This document shows, piece by piece, positions 62,440 to 64,000 of a DNA stretch of 64,000 bases (position 1 is the first letter of the stretch; each line of letters begins with the position of its first letter). The notes beneath the pieces were generated by a model. That model worked only from the letters and a program-made list of their open reading frames with translations, was not told the origin of the DNA and ran no database searches. The translations under genes and the position numbers were made by a program. Source of the DNA: Alphaproteobacteria bacterium (GTDB taxonomy: Bacteria > Pseudomonadota > Alphaproteobacteria > UBA7887); contig CBDEUQ010000003.1 in the NCBI GenBank assembly GCA_965243325.1, forward strand, positions 2,020,304-2,084,303. The letters are read 5' to 3'.

Positions 62440-63624
62440 CTACACGGCGCCGGCGCCGCGCAGGCCGGCGATCTCGCCGGCGTCGTAGCCGAGTTCGCCG
62501 AGGATGGCGTCTGTATGCTCGCCGAGGGTCGGTGCGCGATGGCGGACCGAACCCGGCGTCGCCGAAAGGAACAGCGGCGCCCGGAGCAGCGGTACGGGGT
62601 CGGCGACGCCGGGAAAGGCGACCGGCAACATCAGCCCCATCGCGCGAATGTGCTCGTGCTCGAGAATGTCCTGCGGCGCGAGCACCGGCGCCGAGGGGAT
62701 GCGCGCCTCGTCGAGCTCGTCGACGGATTGGGCCGACGTCCGTTGCCCCGTCCACTCCGCCATGCGCTCGCAGATCGCATCGCGGTTGTCGCCGCGCGAT
62801 TCGTCGGTGCCGAAGCGCGGATCGCTCAGCCACACGTCCTCGCCCATCAGCCGTGCCCAGCGTTCGTAAAGCGGGTTGCCGACGGTCTGCACGAGAATCC
62901 AGCCGTCGCGCGTCTGGAACGCGTCGGTCGGCGCCGAGGTCTGGCCGCGGTTGCCGGTGGCGACCCGGTCAGGCCGGCGCAGCGCCTGTTCGATCACCGT
63001 CGGGTGGTTGAACGACAGGGCCGTGCCGAGCAGCGAGGTCTGCACCGTCTGGCCTTCGCCGGTCTTCGTCCGGTGCATCAGCGCCGCCATCGTGCCGAAC
63101 GCGGAATAGAGCGCGGTGCCGAAATCGACGTAGGGCAGAAACGCGCGCATCGGCTCGTCGGGCCAGCCGGAGAGGTACATCGCGCCGTTCATCGCCTGGC
63201 CGATGCCGTCGAACCCCACGCGGTCCTTCATCGGCCCGCCGGGGCCGAAGCCCGACGTGGTCGTCAGGATGATGTCGGACCGGTGGGATTTCAGGCTGTC
63301 GTAGTCGATCCCCATCGTCTTCAGCGTCGGCGGCGGCAGGTTGGCGACCACCACGTCCGCCGTCTTCGCCAGCCGGCGGACGACGTCGCGGCCGCCGGGG
63401 GTGCGCGGATTGAGCGTCAGCCCGCGCTTGTTGCGCGCCAGCTGCAGAAAGGTCGCGCCCGGCCCGTCCGCGGAGACGGGCTGCACGAACCGGTCCTCGC
63501 TGCCCGCCGTCTTCTCGATGCGGATGACGTCGGCGCCCATTTCCGCCAGCAGGGTGGCGCAGAACGGCCCCGCGATGTACCGCCCGAAATCGAGCACCCT
63601 CACGCCGTCGAGCACGCCGTTCAT
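62440..63624 (-). CDS. Family III CoA-transferase (CaiB/BaiF-type), second copy in the window
   Basis: Track ORF 62440..63774. ATG at 63624 (MNGVLDGVRVLDFGRYIAGPFCATLLAEMGADVIRIE...). Confidence 0.85.
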   Translation of the reverse strand: MNGVLDGVRVLDFGRYIAGPFCATLLAEMGADVIRIEKTAGSEDRFVQPVSADGPGATFLQLARNKRGLTLNPRTPGGRDVVRRLAKTADVVVANLPPPTLKTMGIDYDSLKSHRSDIILTTTSGFGPGGPMKDRVGFDGIGQAMNGAMYLSGWPDEPMRAFLPYVDFGTALYSAFGTMAALMHRTKTGEGQTVQTSLLGTALSFNHPTVIEQALRRPDRVATGNRGQTSAPTDAFQTRDGWILVQTVGNPLYERWARLMGEDVWLSDPRFGTDESRGDNRDAICERMAEWTGQRTSAQSVDELDEARIPSAPVLAPQDILEHEHIRAMGLMLPVAFPGVADPVPLLRAPLFLSATPGSVRHRAPTLGEHTDAILGELGYDAGEIAGLRGAGAV

Positions 63625-64000
63625 GCGGTCGGTCCTCCCTTGCCGTCGGTCGGCCCCGCGGTCGCCGCGCCGCCGCCGGCGATGACCAGCGTGCGATGCG
63701 GGAACGGGATTTCGATGTTCTCCTGGTCGAAGACCCGCTTCATGCGGCGGTGGAACTCGCGGCGCACGCGCCATTGCCGGTTCGGCCGCGTCTTCAGGCG
63801 GACGCGGATGTTGACCGCGGAATCGCCGAACGAATCGAGCCCGAGCACGTTCAGCGGCTCCAGGATGTCGTCTTCATAGTCGGGGTCGCCTCGCATGTCC
63901 TCGCCGATTTCCCGCAGTTTCGCCGTCACGCGGTCCGTATCCTCCTTGTATGCCACGCCGGCGTCGATCAGCGCATACGAAAAATCCCGCGTCATGTTGC
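63621..64000 (-). CDS. MscS-family mechanosensitive channel, C-terminal cytoplasmic domain only (N-terminus beyond the window end)
   Basis: ORF 63621..63995 with no stop upstream before the window edge. ...GDSAVNIRVRLKTRPNRQWRVRREFHRRMKRVFDQENIEIPFPHRTL... is the conserved MscS C-terminal beta-domain. Confidence 0.7.
   Translation of the reverse strand, partial: NMTRDFSYALIDAGVAYKEDTDRVTAKLREIGEDMRGDPDYEDDILEPLNVLGLDSFGDSAVNIRVRLKTRPNRQWRVRREFHRRMKRVFDQENIEIPFPHRTLVIAGGGAATAGPTDGKGGPTA

Overview
This is a high-GC (~65-70%) chromosomal segment, probably alphaproteobacterial. It mixes housekeeping and catabolic genes with accessory material. Many of the long + strand ORFs in the track (for example 104..1450, 8548..10350, 16538..19447, 19084..21576 and 42128..43102) are antisense artefacts of real genes on the other strand.

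Main content, from left to right:
- The 5' end of a fadB/fadJ-type fatty-acid oxidation gene.
- A GNAT/DUF1778 toxin-antitoxin pair.
- A lower-GC island of about 9 kb (roughly 3.3-12.4 kb). It carries an IS110-family transposase and a giant gene whose N-terminus looks like a MutL/MORC-type GHKL ATPase. That gene has been cut into three in-frame pieces by an IS630-family insertion (CTAG target, TA duplication) and an IS256-family insertion (8-bp TSD). Joining the pieces restores a roughly 1,420-aa ORF ending in a canonical HNH nuclease motif. I read it as a candidate single-polypeptide ATPase-nuclease defence or conflict system, now inactivated. The island is bracketed by a direct repeat of about 175 bp at roughly 80% identity.
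- A metabolic and transport block: a HIBADH-like dehydrogenase, MaoC, SDR, NRAMP, emrAB-like efflux, a molybdopterin oxidoreductase and an AraC regulator.
- A complete urea uptake and urease locus, urtABCDE-ureDABCEFG, behind a textbook sigma-54 promoter.
- An EF-hand periplasmic protein divergent from an OmpR/histidine-kinase pair. The kinase's periplasmic domain carries a His/Asp-rich tract encoded by a GAY/CAY triplet repeat.
- A truncated higB remnant with an intact higA.
- A second, identical IS256-family copy with its own 8-bp TSD, lying 26,998 bp downstream of the first and inserted just upstream of a tandem Ldh2-family dehydrogenase operon. That operon is followed by an uncharacterised 364-aa protein.
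- A 2-hydroxyacid dehydrogenase and an FAD oxidoreductase.
- A RES-Xre toxin-antitoxin pair, a penicillin-acylase-family Ntn hydrolase, CoA transferases, hemB, a valine-catabolism cluster (acyl-CoA dehydrogenase, 3-hydroxyisobutyryl-CoA hydrolase, mmsB, MarR), a Phd-VapC pair, an acyl-CoA synthetase, an unusually long SSS-family symporter with a small partner protein and a TPR protein, another CoA transferase, and the C-terminus of an MscS-type channel.

No CRISPR array, rRNA or convincing tRNA was seen. All functional calls are homology-by-eye from the translated ORFs. No database search was run.
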